From: an uncultured Actinomycetota bacterium
Lineage (GTDB): Bacteria > Actinomycetota > Actinomycetes > Propionibacteriales > Nocardioidaceae
Length of the DNA stretch: 64,000 nucleotides
NCBI GenBank assembly: GCA_963750445.1
Contig: CAVVQR010000017.1
Coordinates: 116,016-180,015, forward strand
Reading direction: 5' to 3'
The notes under the pieces were generated by a model, which was not told the DNA's origin, searched no databases, and saw nothing but the letters and a program-made list of their open reading frames with translations. Both the position numbers and the translations under genes were made by a program. This document shows positions 37,085-48,756 of the stretch, in pieces; position 1 is the first letter of the stretch, and every line of letters starts with the position of its first letter.

Positions 37085-39211
37085 TCAGCCGGCGACGACC
37101 CGCAGCACGCGCGCGTCCTCGGGGTGCATGACCGGCAGGGCCACGCCCGCGGTGGCGAGCACCCGACCGGTGAGCACCTGGCCCGACGCTGACCAGCGGT
37201 CGGTGAGGTCGGCACCTCCCGGTGCGGGAGGCAACGCCTCCGTGAGCCGGTAGGCGCGGTCGGGGTCGAGCCCGGTCAGGCGCAGGGCGGCGGGGTGCTG
37301 CGTGGCGGTCATGGCATCGGTCGCCACCACGTAGCAGGCCTCGGAGCGGTCGGCCGCGACGATGCCGGTGACCAGCACGGCCGGGTCCGCGTGGTCGGGG
37401 TGCACGAGGGTGCCGGTGCCGATCAGCGGGCGCACCTGCTTGTGCAGGTCGATCCACGACCGCAGCTCGATGAGCTCCGGCTCGTCGAGCCGGGACATGT
37501 CCCACTCGATCCCGAAGGAGTGGAGGAGCGCGGTGGCGGCGCGGTAGCGCAGCGTCTGGGTGCGACCCGTGGTGTGCGACGTGGGAGGGCCGACGTGCGA
37601 CCCCATCAGCTCCGGGGGCACGAGCAGCGACGTCCACCGCTGGAGGTGCTGCCGCTCGAGTGCGTCGTTGGTGTCGCTGGGCCAGATGCGGTCGGTGCGG
37701 GTCAGCACCTCCGCGTCGACGCGCGCGCCACCGGACGAGCAGGACTCGATCTGGAGCGCGGGATGCGCCGCGCGGAGCTCGTCGAGCAGCCGGTAGGCCG
37801 CCAGCGTCTGCCCGTGGACCGCGGGCCTGCCGTCGTGGGTGACGTCGGTGAGGTCGCGGTTGTGGTCCCACTTGAGATAGGCGATGTCGAGGTCGTCGAG
37901 CAGTGCGGTCAACGCGTCGCGCAGGTCGTCGTAGGCCGCCGCGTCCTGCAGGTCGAGCACCTGCTGCTGCCGCCACTGCGGGGGAGTGGCGGCGCGTCCG
38001 CGCAGCACCCGCTCCGGGTGGTGGCGGGCGGTCTCGGAGTCGAGGTTGACCATCTCCGGCTCCACCCACAGCCCGAACTCCATGCCGCGGCCGGTCACGT
38101 GGTCGACCAGCGGCCCCAGCCCCTGCGGCCACAGGTCGAGGTCGACCTGCCAGTCGCCGAGGCCCGCCGTGTCGTCACGACGTCCCAGGAACCAGCCGTC
38201 GTCGAGCACGAAGCGCTCCACGCCCAGCGAGGCGGCCACGTCCGCGAGCTCGGAGAGCCGGTCGAGGGACTGGTCGAAGTAGACCGCCTCCCACGTGTTG
38301 GCGATGACGGGACGCTCGGTCCTGGCTCGCGGCGTCACCGCGCGCAGGTGGGCGTGGAAGCGGTGGCTGAGCGGGTCGAGGCCGGAGTCGGACCACGAGC
38401 CCAGCAGCTCGGGGGAGCGGTAGGTCTCGCCCGTGGCGAGGACGACCTCGCCGGGGGCGAGCAGCTCGCCGCCCCCCAGGAGGCAGTCGCCCTCGGGCGT
38501 CCGCTCGGCGTAGGTCGTGTGGTTGCCGCTCCACGCGGTGTGCACGGCCCAGACCTCGCCCCGTCCGAAGGCGAAGCCGGGCGTGCCGGCGACCATCAGC
38601 AGCGTCGCGTCGTGCCCGGTGCGGCCGTGGCGGGCGTCGCGACGGTGGGTGCCCTGCACCCACGGGTGCCGCTGCGGAGAGCGCTCCTTGCACCAGCGAC
38701 CGGTGAGGTCGAGCAGCTCGGTGGCGTGTGCCGCGACGGGGAGGACGGTGAGGACCGAGGACAGGTGGAGGTCGCCGTCGGCGATGTTGGTGACGCTGGT
38801 GCGGGCGTGCAGCAGACCGCCGTCGTCGAGCGACAGCTCGACGAGCACCTGCCAGCCGGCCTCCTCGTCGGTCGCGGTGCAGGCCGCCGTGCCGTCGCCC
38901 GCCGCGACCTGCCAGTCGACCAGGCTGGGGGCGGCCGCGGACGCGTCACCGCCGACGCGATGACCCTCGAGTCCCGGGGTGCCGGTGTAGCCGCGGGTGC
39001 CGTCCGGCACGAGACCGGTGACGGGCGTCAGGTCGTACGCCGACCGCGAGGCGCCCGGGCGCCGGGCCGAGGCAAGGGCGGACAGGGCGGCCTCGTCGAG
39101 GTCACCGAGCGCGGCGCCCCAGTGGAGGAGGACGGGGATCCCGGCGTCGTCGCGACCCAGCACGAGGCTGACGCCGGCACGGGTGAGGTGGGCGGGGGCG
39201 GCGTCACTCAT
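37085..39211 (-). CDS. Alpha-galactosidase, GH36
   Basis: NTWEAVYFD, FVLDDGWF, FGLWVEPEMV, YLKWDHNR, ESCSSGGAR, WPSDTND. Confidence 0.93.
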   Translation of the reverse strand: MSDAAPAHLTRAGVSLVLGRDDAGIPVLLHWGAALGDLDEAALSALASARRPGASRSAYDLTPVTGLVPDGTRGYTGTPGLEGHRVGGDASAAAPSLVDWQVAAGDGTAACTATDEEAGWQVLVELSLDDGGLLHARTSVTNIADGDLHLSSVLTVLPVAAHATELLDLTGRWCKERSPQRHPWVQGTHRRDARHGRTGHDATLLMVAGTPGFAFGRGEVWAVHTAWSGNHTTYAERTPEGDCLLGGGELLAPGEVVLATGETYRSPELLGSWSDSGLDPLSHRFHAHLRAVTPRARTERPVIANTWEAVYFDQSLDRLSELADVAASLGVERFVLDDGWFLGRRDDTAGLGDWQVDLDLWPQGLGPLVDHVTGRGMEFGLWVEPEMVNLDSETARHHPERVLRGRAATPPQWRQQQVLDLQDAAAYDDLRDALTALLDDLDIAYLKWDHNRDLTDVTHDGRPAVHGQTLAAYRLLDELRAAHPALQIESCSSGGARVDAEVLTRTDRIWPSDTNDALERQHLQRWTSLLVPPELMGSHVGPPTSHTTGRTQTLRYRAATALLHSFGIEWDMSRLDEPELIELRSWIDLHKQVRPLIGTGTLVHPDHADPAVLVTGIVAADRSEACYVVATDAMTATQHPAALRLTGLDPDRAYRLTEALPPAPGGADLTDRWSASGQVLTGRVLATAGVALPVMHPEDARVLRVVAG

Positions 39212-40026
39212 GCGTCCTGCTCCTCGTCGACCTCGTGGGCCTCGTCGTCGTCGATGGGGTCGACGACCACCAGCTCGCCGACGTGGTCGGCCAGCGCGCC
39301 GCTGGCCTGGGCGGAGAGGCCGGAGTCGGTGACCAGCACCGCGGCCTCGGACAGGCCGGCCATGCTGCTGAGGCCGACCACCCCCCACTTGCTGGAGTCG
39401 GCACACACGATCAGCCGCCGCGAGCGCTCGATCATGGCGCGGTTGGTCTCGGACTCGAGCAGGTTGGGGGTGCTGAAGCCGGCGCGCACGTCCATCCCGT
39501 GCACGCCCATGAAGAACGCGTCGACGTGGAGGCTGCGCAGCGAGGACACCGCGACAGGTCCGACCAGGGCGTCGGACGGAGTGCGGAGGCCACCGGTCAG
39601 GAGGACGGAGGTCGTCGACTCGCCGATGCGGTGCAGGACGTCGGCCACCCACACGGAGTTGGTGACCACGGTCAGGTTCGGGATCCGGGCGATGTGCTCG
39701 GTCAGCGCGTGCGTGGTGGTGCCGGCCGACACCGCGATCGCCATGCCGGTGTGCACCATCTCGGCGGCCGCCGCGGCGATGGCTTCCTTCTCCCGGCGGT
39801 GCTGCACCGACTTGGCGGCGAAGCCCGGCTCGGACGACGACGGTTCTGCGACGGCCAGGGCTCCGCCGTGCACCTTCTCCAGCAGGCCGTCGCGGTGCAG
39901 GGTCACGAGGTCGCGGCGCACGGTCATGTCGGAGACCCCGAGCAGCTCGACCAGGTCGGTGACGCGCACGGTGCCGTCCCGGCTGAGCTCGGCCAGGATC
40001 CGTCCCCGGCGCTGCGCCGCGAGCAT
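39208..40026 (-). CDS. DeoR/GlpR-family regulator
   Basis: MLAAQRR, VSDMTVRRDL, KVHGGA, AGTTT, DSSKW. Confidence 0.93.
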   Translation of the reverse strand: MLAAQRRGRILAELSRDGTVRVTDLVELLGVSDMTVRRDLVTLHRDGLLEKVHGGALAVAEPSSSEPGFAAKSVQHRREKEAIAAAAAEMVHTGMAIAVSAGTTTHALTEHIARIPNLTVVTNSVWVADVLHRIGESTTSVLLTGGLRTPSDALVGPVAVSSLRSLHVDAFFMGVHGMDVRAGFSTPNLLESETNRAMIERSRRLIVCADSSKWGVVGLSSMAGLSEAAVLVTDSGLSAQASGALADHVGELVVVDPIDDDEAHEVDEEQDA

Positions 40027-42062
40027 CAGGCGCTCCGACCCGGTGTGCCGTCCAGGTCGCCCGAGCCGGTCTCGCGGACCACCGCCACCCCGCCCGCCGG
40101 CACGAGCAGGTCGCCGGCGACCTCACGTCCGCTGACGAGCTCGAGGCCGTGCACGGGCACGTCCGCCGGGGCACTGCCGTGGTTGATGACGAAGAGCCAG
40201 CTCGCGTCGTCGCCGACCCGTCGGGTCACGTCGACGGAGGCAGAGGCGCCCGGCAGCCGCTCGACCCCGGACTCGGAGACGAGCCGTTCGGCCAACCGGT
40301 CCGTGCCGCCGGCGTCGAGGCGGGTCGCGACGTACCACGCGGTCCCGGAGCCGACCTCGCGACGGGTGACGGCGGGGAGTCCCGCGGCCGGCCCGTCGGA
40401 GTAGGTCGCCACGGCCTCGGCCCCGGCGAGCTCGAGGTCCTCGGCCCACACGTCTGCCGTGACGGAGCCGCCGCCCAGACCGTCCACGGCGACCTGCTGG
40501 CCCTCCATCAGGGGCAGGAACTCGGTCGTGCGGACACCCAGCAGGTCGCGGAACCCGCCCGGATAGCCACCGAGGCGGACGTGGTCGTGCGGGTCCACGA
40601 TCCCGCTGAAGTAGGTGACGACCACGGTCGCGCCGTCCTGCGCCGCTGCCGTCAGCGAGGCGATGGCCGCGTCCGAGACGAGGTAGAGGGTCGGCACGAC
40701 CACCAGGCGGTAGCCCGAGAGGTCGGCGTCGGGGTGGACGACGTCGACGCCGACGCCCTGGGCCGACAGCGCCCGGTGCAGGTCCTCGGCGCGGTCGCGG
40801 TAGCGGACGTCGATGCTGGGGTGCGAGTCGAGCTCGCACCCCCACCACGCCTCGTAGTCGAAGAGGATCGCCGCCTCGTTGCGCGGCGCGCTCCCGGAGA
40901 TCTCCTCGACGGCATCGAGGACCCGCGAGAGCTCGACGACCTCGCGCCACTGCCGGGTGTCGGTGCCGGCGTGGGGGAGCAGGCCGGAGTGGTACTTCTC
41001 CGCACCTGCCCGGGACGCGCGCCACTGGAAGAACAGCACCGCGTCGGCCCCGCGGGCGACGTGGGACAGGCTGTTGCGGATCATCTCGCCGGGCAGCTTG
41101 GCGCGGTTGCGCGGCTGCCAGTTCACCGCGCTCGTCGAGTGCTCCATGAGCAGCCACGGGCGACCGCCCGCGGTGCCGCGGGTCAGGTCGGCGCTGAACG
41201 CCAGCTCGCGGTGGCCCTCGGGCTCGGCGGAGATCAGGTAGTGGTCGTTGGAGACCACGTCGAGCTCGCGGCCCCACCGCAGGTAGTCCATCTCGAAGGT
41301 CTGGCGCATCACCATGAAGTTGGTCGTCACCGGCACCCCGGGCGAGAGGCGGTGCAGGACGTCGCGCTCGGCGACGAAGTTGTCGAGGAGCTGGTCGGAG
41401 GAGAAGCGCAGGAAGTCCAGCTGCTGCGTGGGGTTGGCGTGCGCCGGGGCCACCCGCGGCGGCAGCACCTGCTCGAAGTCGGTGTAGCGCTGCGACCAGA
41501 AGGCGGTGCCCCAGGCGTCGTTGAGCGTGGCGACGTCGTCGTACCTGCGGCGCAGCCACGTGCGGAACGCCGCGGCGCTGACGTCGCAGTAGCAGCGGGC
41601 GTTGTGGCAGCCCAGCTCGTTGGACACGTGCCACAGGGCCAGCGCGGGGTGGTCGTGGTAGCGCTCGGCCATGGCCGTGCACAGGGCCAGCGCGTGCTCG
41701 CGGTGGACGGGCGAGCTGGGGCAGAAGGCCTGGCGCCCGCCCGGTGAGAGCGTGCGGCCGTCGTGGGTGACCGGCAGCATCTCCGGGTGCAGCTGGGTGA
41801 GCCACGGCGGCGGCGACGCGGTGGCGGTGGCGAGGTCCACCCGGATCCCGGCGGCGTGCAGGGAGTCCATCTGCTCGTCGAGCCAGCCGAAGTCCCACGT
41901 GTCGGGCCCCGGCTGGAGCCACGCCCACGAGAAGACACCCAGGGTGACCAGGTCGACCCCGGCCTCCCGCATCAGCTCGCGGTCCTCGACGTGGGCCTCG
42001 CGGGGCCACTGCTCGGGGTTGTAGTCGCCGCCGAAGGCCAGCGGAGGCAGGGGAGTCGGCAT
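40026..42062 (-). CDS. Beta-galactosidase, GH42
   Basis: FGGDYNPEQW, GVFSW, WHVSNE, LLMEHS..VNWQ, AGAEKYHS. Confidence 0.94.
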   Translation of the reverse strand: MPTPLPPLAFGGDYNPEQWPREAHVEDRELMREAGVDLVTLGVFSWAWLQPGPDTWDFGWLDEQMDSLHAAGIRVDLATATASPPPWLTQLHPEMLPVTHDGRTLSPGGRQAFCPSSPVHREHALALCTAMAERYHDHPALALWHVSNELGCHNARCYCDVSAAAFRTWLRRRYDDVATLNDAWGTAFWSQRYTDFEQVLPPRVAPAHANPTQQLDFLRFSSDQLLDNFVAERDVLHRLSPGVPVTTNFMVMRQTFEMDYLRWGRELDVVSNDHYLISAEPEGHRELAFSADLTRGTAGGRPWLLMEHSTSAVNWQPRNRAKLPGEMIRNSLSHVARGADAVLFFQWRASRAGAEKYHSGLLPHAGTDTRQWREVVELSRVLDAVEEISGSAPRNEAAILFDYEAWWGCELDSHPSIDVRYRDRAEDLHRALSAQGVGVDVVHPDADLSGYRLVVVPTLYLVSDAAIASLTAAAQDGATVVVTYFSGIVDPHDHVRLGGYPGGFRDLLGVRTTEFLPLMEGQQVAVDGLGGGSVTADVWAEDLELAGAEAVATYSDGPAAGLPAVTRREVGSGTAWYVATRLDAGGTDRLAERLVSESGVERLPGASASVDVTRRVGDDASWLFVINHGSAPADVPVHGLELVSGREVAGDLLVPAGGVAVVRETGSGDLDGTPGRSA

Positions 42063-42125
42063 GCGATCACTGTGGCGACCCTCACACGCCAAAGTCAACG
42101 CTTCGTGGTGGAAAAGAGTTCGAAA

Positions 42126-42207
42126 GTGTTTGGTCCGGTGCGAAATGAAGGGTGTTTGAGGGTTGACGGGCCTGTGGTGGCCGTCACATGCTGTCCACCT
42201 TGTTTGA
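42126..42207. promoter_or_regulatory. Divergent control region with TGTTTG repeats and a TTGACG-N18-CATGCT promoter
   Basis: GTGTTTGG 42126, GTGTTTGA 42152, TTGTTTGA 42200; plausible DeoR-family operators. Confidence 0.45.
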
Positions 42208-42228
42208 TTTTGTCTTCAGGAGGCCGTC

Positions 42229-43548
42229 GTGTCCCGTTCCACAGCAGTTCCCCGTTCGACCGTGGCCACCATGGCCGCGACACGTCGCAACGTCATCCGC
42301 GGCATGGCGCTCAGCGGTCTCGCCGTGGGAGGCGCCAACCTGCTCGCCGCCTGCGGTGGTGACTCCGGGCCCTCGACCGGCGCCGGTGCGACCGTGAAGT
42401 TCGGCATCAACGAGGCCGAGGGCACCGGTGCCGCCAACGACCGGCTCGCGGCGATCGCCAAGGCCTACGCCAAGGAGTCCGGCACCAAGGTCGAGGTCAA
42501 CGCGGTCGACCACAACACCTTCCAGGAGAGCATCAACACCTACCTCCAGGGCACGCCGGACGACGTCTTCACCTGGTTCGCCGGATTCCGGATGGCGCAG
42601 TTCGCCGAAGCCGGCCTGATCACCGACCTGAGCGACCAGTGGCCCATCGACGGCCTCAACGACTCGTTCAAGCAGGCGGCCACCGCTCCGGACGGCAAGC
42701 AGTACTTCGTGCCGATCAGCTACTACCCGTGGGCGGTCTTCTACCGGAAGTCGGTCTTCGAGAAGAACGGCTGGGAGGCGCCCGCCACCAACGACGACTT
42801 CATCGCCCTCATGGACGACATGCAGGGCAAGGGCATCACCCCCTTCGCCTTCGGCGACAAGGACGGGTGGCCGGCCATGGGCACCTTCGACATCCTCAAC
42901 ATGCGCCTCAACGGCTTCGACTTCCACATGAGCCTGATGGCCGGTGACGAGAAGTGGGACGGCGACGAGGTCAAGCTCGTGTTCGACACCTGGCGCAAGC
43001 TGCTGCCCTACCACCAGGCCGACCCGCTGGGCCGCACCTGGCAGGAGGCCGCCACGTCGATGGGCAAGGGCGACTGCGGCATGTACCTGCTGGGCACCTT
43101 CGTCGTGGACGCCCTGGGCGAGAACGGTGAGGACCTCGACTTCTTCACCTTCCCCGAGCTCGACTCCTCCATCGGCTCCGACGCCCTGGACGCCCCCATC
43201 GACGGATTCTGCGTCGCCGCGGCGGGCAAGAACCAGGAGGCCGGCAAGGAGATGGCCAAGTGGCTCGGGAGTGCCGCCGCTGCCGACGCGGGCAACAACG
43301 CCGCCGACGCGCCGTTCATCGCGGCCAACTCGGGGTCCAGCGACTCGACCTACAGCGACCTGCAGAAGAAGTCGGTCGAGGTCGTCGGTGCGGCGGCCAA
43401 CATCGCCCAGTTCATGGACCGCGACACCAACGCCGACTTCGCCAACACGGTGATGATCCCCTCGATCCAGTCGTTCCTGAAGGACCCCACCGACATCGAC
43501 GGGGTCACGGCCAGCATCCAGGAGCAGGCCGCTTCGATCTTCGGCTGA
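42229..43548 (+). CDS. Sugar ABC transporter substrate-binding lipoprotein (Tat-type signal)
   Basis: TRRNVIRG twin-arginine, LLAAC lipobox, DDVFTWFAG, DGKQYFVP. Confidence 0.9.
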   Translation: MSRSTAVPRSTVATMAATRRNVIRGMALSGLAVGGANLLAACGGDSGPSTGAGATVKFGINEAEGTGAANDRLAAIAKAYAKESGTKVEVNAVDHNTFQESINTYLQGTPDDVFTWFAGFRMAQFAEAGLITDLSDQWPIDGLNDSFKQAATAPDGKQYFVPISYYPWAVFYRKSVFEKNGWEAPATNDDFIALMDDMQGKGITPFAFGDKDGWPAMGTFDILNMRLNGFDFHMSLMAGDEKWDGDEVKLVFDTWRKLLPYHQADPLGRTWQEAATSMGKGDCGMYLLGTFVVDALGENGEDLDFFTFPELDSSIGSDALDAPIDGFCVAAAGKNQEAGKEMAKWLGSAAAADAGNNAADAPFIAANSGSSDSTYSDLQKKSVEVVGAAANIAQFMDRDTNADFANTVMIPSIQSFLKDPTDIDGVTASIQEQAASIFG

Positions 43549-43551
43549 GTC

Positions 43552-44487
43552 ATGGCACACATCGACGAGGCGCCGCAGCAGGTGGAGACTGCGGCGCCCA
43601 AGCAGGGGCGCGCGAAGAGGCTGCCCAACAAGGACCGCGCCACCGTCATCGTGATGGTGACGATCCCGCTCGTGCTCGTGCTGCTGCTGGTGTGGCTGCC
43701 GGCGCTGCTCTCGGTGGCGCTGTCGTTCGGCAAGTGGAACGGCTTCGGCGACATCGACACCATCGAGTGGGTCGGCTTCCAGAACTACAAGGACATCTTC
43801 ACCATCTACCCGGCCTTCTGGCCCGCGGTCCAGCACAACCTGATCTGGCTCGGTTTCCTCTTCCTCCTCCCGACGATCCTGGGCATGCTCCTCGCCGTCA
43901 TCCTCGACCGGGAGATGAAGGGCAGCCGCGCCTACCAGACGGCGTTCTACATGCCCGTCGTGCTGTCGCTGGCCCTCATCGGCTTCATCTGGCAGCTCTT
44001 CTACTCCCGCGACCAGGGGCTGATCAACCAGGTCTTCCACAGCGAGGTCGACTGGTACGGCGACCCCGACATCAACCTCTGGGCGGTGCTGGTGGCCACC
44101 GCGTGGCGCCACACCGGCTACGTCATGCTCATCTACCTGGCGGGCCTGAAGGGCGTCGACTCGAGCCTGCGTGAGGCGGCCGCCGTCGACGGCGCCAGCG
44201 AGGTGAAGACCTTCTTCCACGTGATCTTCCCGGTCATGCGGCCGATCAACATGGTCGTGATCGTGATCGTCGTGATCGAGTCGCTGCGTGCCTTCGACCT
44301 CGTGTGGGTCATCAACAAGGGCCGCAACGGGCTCGAGGTCATCGGCGCGCTCGTCGCCCAGAACGTGATCGGCGAGGCCACCCGCTACGGCTTCGGCTCG
44401 GCGCTCGCGGTCATCATGATGCTGATCTCGTCGGTCTTCATCACCATCTACCTGCGGACCGTGTTCCGCGAGGAGCGTTCGCGATGA
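43552..44487 (+). CDS. Carbohydrate ABC permease
   Basis: WVGFQNY, LREAAAVDGAS EAA loop. Confidence 0.92.
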   Translation: MAHIDEAPQQVETAAPKQGRAKRLPNKDRATVIVMVTIPLVLVLLLVWLPALLSVALSFGKWNGFGDIDTIEWVGFQNYKDIFTIYPAFWPAVQHNLIWLGFLFLLPTILGMLLAVILDREMKGSRAYQTAFYMPVVLSLALIGFIWQLFYSRDQGLINQVFHSEVDWYGDPDINLWAVLVATAWRHTGYVMLIYLAGLKGVDSSLREAAAVDGASEVKTFFHVIFPVMRPINMVVIVIVVIESLRAFDLVWVINKGRNGLEVIGALVAQNVIGEATRYGFGSALAVIMMLISSVFITIYLRTVFREERSR

Positions 44488-45422
44488 CCTACGAGACACC
44501 CGTCACCGCGCCACCGCCCACGCCTCCGCCGACGAGGGCCACGCCGCCGGCGCGCAAGGAGGGTGGAGTCCTGAGCCAGCGGCGCGGCACCCTCGTCACG
44601 GTGATCGTGGCGCTGCTGGCGCTGGTGTGGCTCTTCCCGCTGCTGTGGGCGTTGATCAACTCCTTCCGCGAGTACGACTACACCCAGATCCACGGCTACC
44701 TGTCCTTCGGCGGCTGGACCACCCACAACTACGAGCAGGCGTGGTCGCAGGGCGACTTCGGCCTGCACATGAAGAACTCCTTCCTCATCACGGTGCCGGC
44801 CGTGGCGCTGACGCTGTGGCTCTCCTCGATGGTCGCCTTCGTGCTGGCCCGCTTCAGCTATCGCTTCAACCTCACGCTGCTCGGCATCTTCCTCGCCGCC
44901 AACCTGCTGCCGCCGCAGGCCCTGCTGATCCCGGTCTTCCGGATGTTCCGCGAGGTGCCGCTCCCGATGTTCATGAGCGACTCGGGCTCGCTGCTCAACA
45001 GCTTCTGGGCACTCATCCTGGTCAACACCGCGTTCCAGATGGGGTTCTGCACCTTCGTGCTCAGCAACTACATGAAGACGCTGCCGCACGAGATCTACGA
45101 GTCCGCCGAGCTCGACGGCGCCAGCGTGTGGCGCCAGTACTGGCAGCTGACGATGCCGCTCGTACGCCCGGCGCTGGCGGCGCTGGCCACCCTCCAGGTG
45201 ACGTGGGTCTACAACGAGTTCTTCTGGGCGACGGTGCTGATCCAGCAGGGCGACAAGCTGCCGGTCACCTCGGCGCTCAACAACCTGCGCGGCCAGTTCT
45301 TCACCGACACCAACCTGGTGGCGGCAGGGTCGATCATCGTGGCGCTGCCGGTGCTGGTGGTGTTCTTCGCACTGCAGAAGCAGTTCGTCTCCGGACTCAC
45401 CCTGGGCTCGACCAAGGGCTGA
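44484..45422 (+). CDS. Carbohydrate ABC permease
   Basis: IYESAELDGAS, YNEFFWA, LQKQFVSGL; ATGA overlap with the previous gene. Confidence 0.92.
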   Translation: MTYETPVTAPPPTPPPTRATPPARKEGGVLSQRRGTLVTVIVALLALVWLFPLLWALINSFREYDYTQIHGYLSFGGWTTHNYEQAWSQGDFGLHMKNSFLITVPAVALTLWLSSMVAFVLARFSYRFNLTLLGIFLAANLLPPQALLIPVFRMFREVPLPMFMSDSGSLLNSFWALILVNTAFQMGFCTFVLSNYMKTLPHEIYESAELDGASVWRQYWQLTMPLVRPALAALATLQVTWVYNEFFWATVLIQQGDKLPVTSALNNLRGQFFTDTNLVAAGSIIVALPVLVVFFALQKQFVSGLTLGSTKG

Positions 45423-45435
45423 CCGACGGGGCTGA

Positions 45436-46592
45436 TCAGCGCGCGAGCCACGACCCGGCACGCATCACCCGGACGACCGCCAGGTCGTCGTCGAGCACGA
45501 CCAGGTCGGCCCGACGGCCGGCCTCGAGGGCACCGACGTCGGTGAGGTCCCAGGCCCGGGCGGGGGCGGTGCTCGCGGCGTGGACCACGTCGAGCAGCGG
45601 CAGACCCGCGGTGCGTACGGCGAAGCGGACGGCCGCGTCCATGGTGAGCGTCGAACCCGCGATCGAGCCATGGCCGGTCCCGTCGGCCAGCCGGGCGACG
45701 CCGTCGCGGACCTCGATCGCCATCGGGCCGAGACGGTAGTCGCCGTCGTCCGCCCCGGCCGCAGCCATCGCGTCGGTGACCAGGAGGCAGCGGCCCGGCT
45801 TGGCGGCGAAGACGGTGCGCAGCACGGCCGGGTGGAGGTGGACGCCGTCGGCGATCAGCTCCACGTCGACCGGGGCGTCGAGCAGTGCGCCGACCGGGCC
45901 CGGGTCACGGTGGTGGAGGGGACGCATCGCGTTGAAGAGGTGGGTGCCGAGCCGGGCGCCCGCGTCGAGCGCCTCTCGGGCGACGTCGTAGGTCGCGTCG
46001 GTGTGGCCGATGGCCGCGAGGACCCCGGCGCCGGCGATCTGGTGCACGGCGGCGATCCCGCCGTCCAGCTCGGGGGCGAGGGTGACCATCCGGATCGCGC
46101 CGCGCCGTCCTGAGCCTGTCGACGGGTCGCCGGCCTCGAGCAGGTCGTCGATCGCCTGCGCCCCGGGGACGGCGAGCGAGCCGGGCCGGTGGGCGCCGGA
46201 GCGCTGCGGGCTGAGCCACGGGCCCTCGAGGTGGATGCCGGCCAGGCGCCCGTCCTGCACCAGGAGGGCGAGCTCGCGGACCGCGTCGGTCATCCGCTCG
46301 GGGGTGTCGGTGACCAGGCTCGCCGCCATCGAGGTGGTGCCGTGCGCGAGGTGGGTGTCGGCCACGGTGGCGGCCGCGTCCGCCGTACCGGTGTCGAAGG
46401 AGGCCCCTCCGCCACCGTGCACGTGGAGGTCGACGAAGCCGGGTGCGACGGTGCGGTCGCCGAGGTCGAGGTCAGGGGTGCGCGGGGGCGCACCTTCGCC
46501 GACCTCGATGATGCGGTCGCCGTCGAGGTGCAGCCACCCCGGCGCGAGGATCCGCGCCGGGGTGATGACCTGAGCAGCCGAGAGGAGCACGG

Positions 46593-46596
<4 letters not shown>
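45436..46596 (-). CDS. nagA: N-acetylglucosamine-6-phosphate deacetylase
   Basis: PGFVDLHVHGGGG, HLEGPW, TLAPE, GHTDA, THLFNAM, DGVHL, VTDAM, AGSTL. Confidence 0.95.
46105..46126 (+). repeat. Short REP-like motif in-frame inside nagA (encodes PSTGSGR)
   Basis: CCGTCCTGAGCCTGTCGACGGG resembles the actinobacterial interspersed repeat CCCTGAGCCTGTCGAAGGG. Confidence 0.55.
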
Positions 46597-47842
<1,246 letters not shown>

Positions 47843-47846
<4 letters not shown>

Positions 47847-48632
47847 GAGGATGGATCCCTTCTGATGGTGCGCTTCGTGCTGTCACTGCGGGGTTTCCCT
47901 GTGGCGCCGGGGGTGGCGCCGAGGCTCATGTGGATCTGGTAGCGGTCGCCGCGGTAGCGCGAGACGACGTGCTCGACCGGTCGCCCCCCTGCGCTCGACA
48001 GGCGACGGAAGACGAGGAGCGGGGTGTGGACCGGGGCCTCCAGCCGACGTGCGGTCGCGCCCTCGGCGGCCTCGCCCCACAGGGTCTGCTCGGCGGCGTC
48101 GATGACCAGGCCGTAGCGGTCGGCGAAGAGGGTGTAGAGCGATCCGGCGAGGTCCGAGGTGTCGAGGTCGGGCAGGAGCGATCGGGGATACCAGCCCTGC
48201 TCGATCGCCATCGGCTGGCCGTCCGCGAGACGGACGCGGTCGATGCGCCAGGCGGTGCCACGGGCGCCGAGCCTCAGAGCAGCTGACCACCTCGGCCGGC
48301 GGGCGCTCCTCGTCGACCAGCATCAGGCGCGTCGACGGGACCAGTCCGCGGCGGCGCATGTCCTCGGAGAACGACGCCAGGTGCAGGCGGCTCTCGACGC
48401 GGGGGCGGGCCACGAAGGTGCCCTTGCCCTGGATCCGGTGGAGCAGGCCGCCGGCGACGAGGCTGTCGATCGCCTTGCGCACGGTGGCGCGCGAGACGTC
48501 GTAGGTCGCCATCAGCTCGCGCTCGGACGGGATGGCCGTGTCCGGACCGAGCTCGCGGGTCGCGAGGTCCGCCAGCACGTCGCTGAGCTGCGCGTGCTTG
48601 GGGCGGGGGCCGTCATCGATCCTGCGCGACAT
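47843..48632 (-). CDS. dasR: GntR/HutC (DasR/NagR-like) regulator, frameshift near 48280
   Basis: PSERELM..YDVSRATVRKA, QGKGTFV, SFSEDM; UTRA domain SLY, YRGDRY in the other frame; nag context. Confidence 0.8.
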
Positions 48633-48687
48633 CTGCACCTCGCTCCGCTGGTCGCCTGTCGGGGGCTGCTCGACGTTTGGTGGATCC

Positions 48688-48713
48688 ATTGGTACGGTCT
48701 GGTACGTACCAGT
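48688..48713. promoter_or_regulatory. dre-like (DasR-responsive) operator, two overlapping sites
   Basis: TCTGGTACGTACCAGT (perfect core CTGGTACGTACCAG) plus ATTGGTACGGTCTGGT, versus dre consensus ACTGGTCTAGACCAGT; between divergent nag operons. Confidence 0.8.
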
Positions 48714-48756
48714 GGCCGAGCATGGCGCTGAGCCCCCGACCTTGTCAAGGACGACG

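Noticed and set aside
48270-48290. Programmed frameshift or phase variation in the dasR-like and other broken genes
   Set aside because: No slippery heptamers or long repeat tracts at the breaks; their abundance points to sequence error
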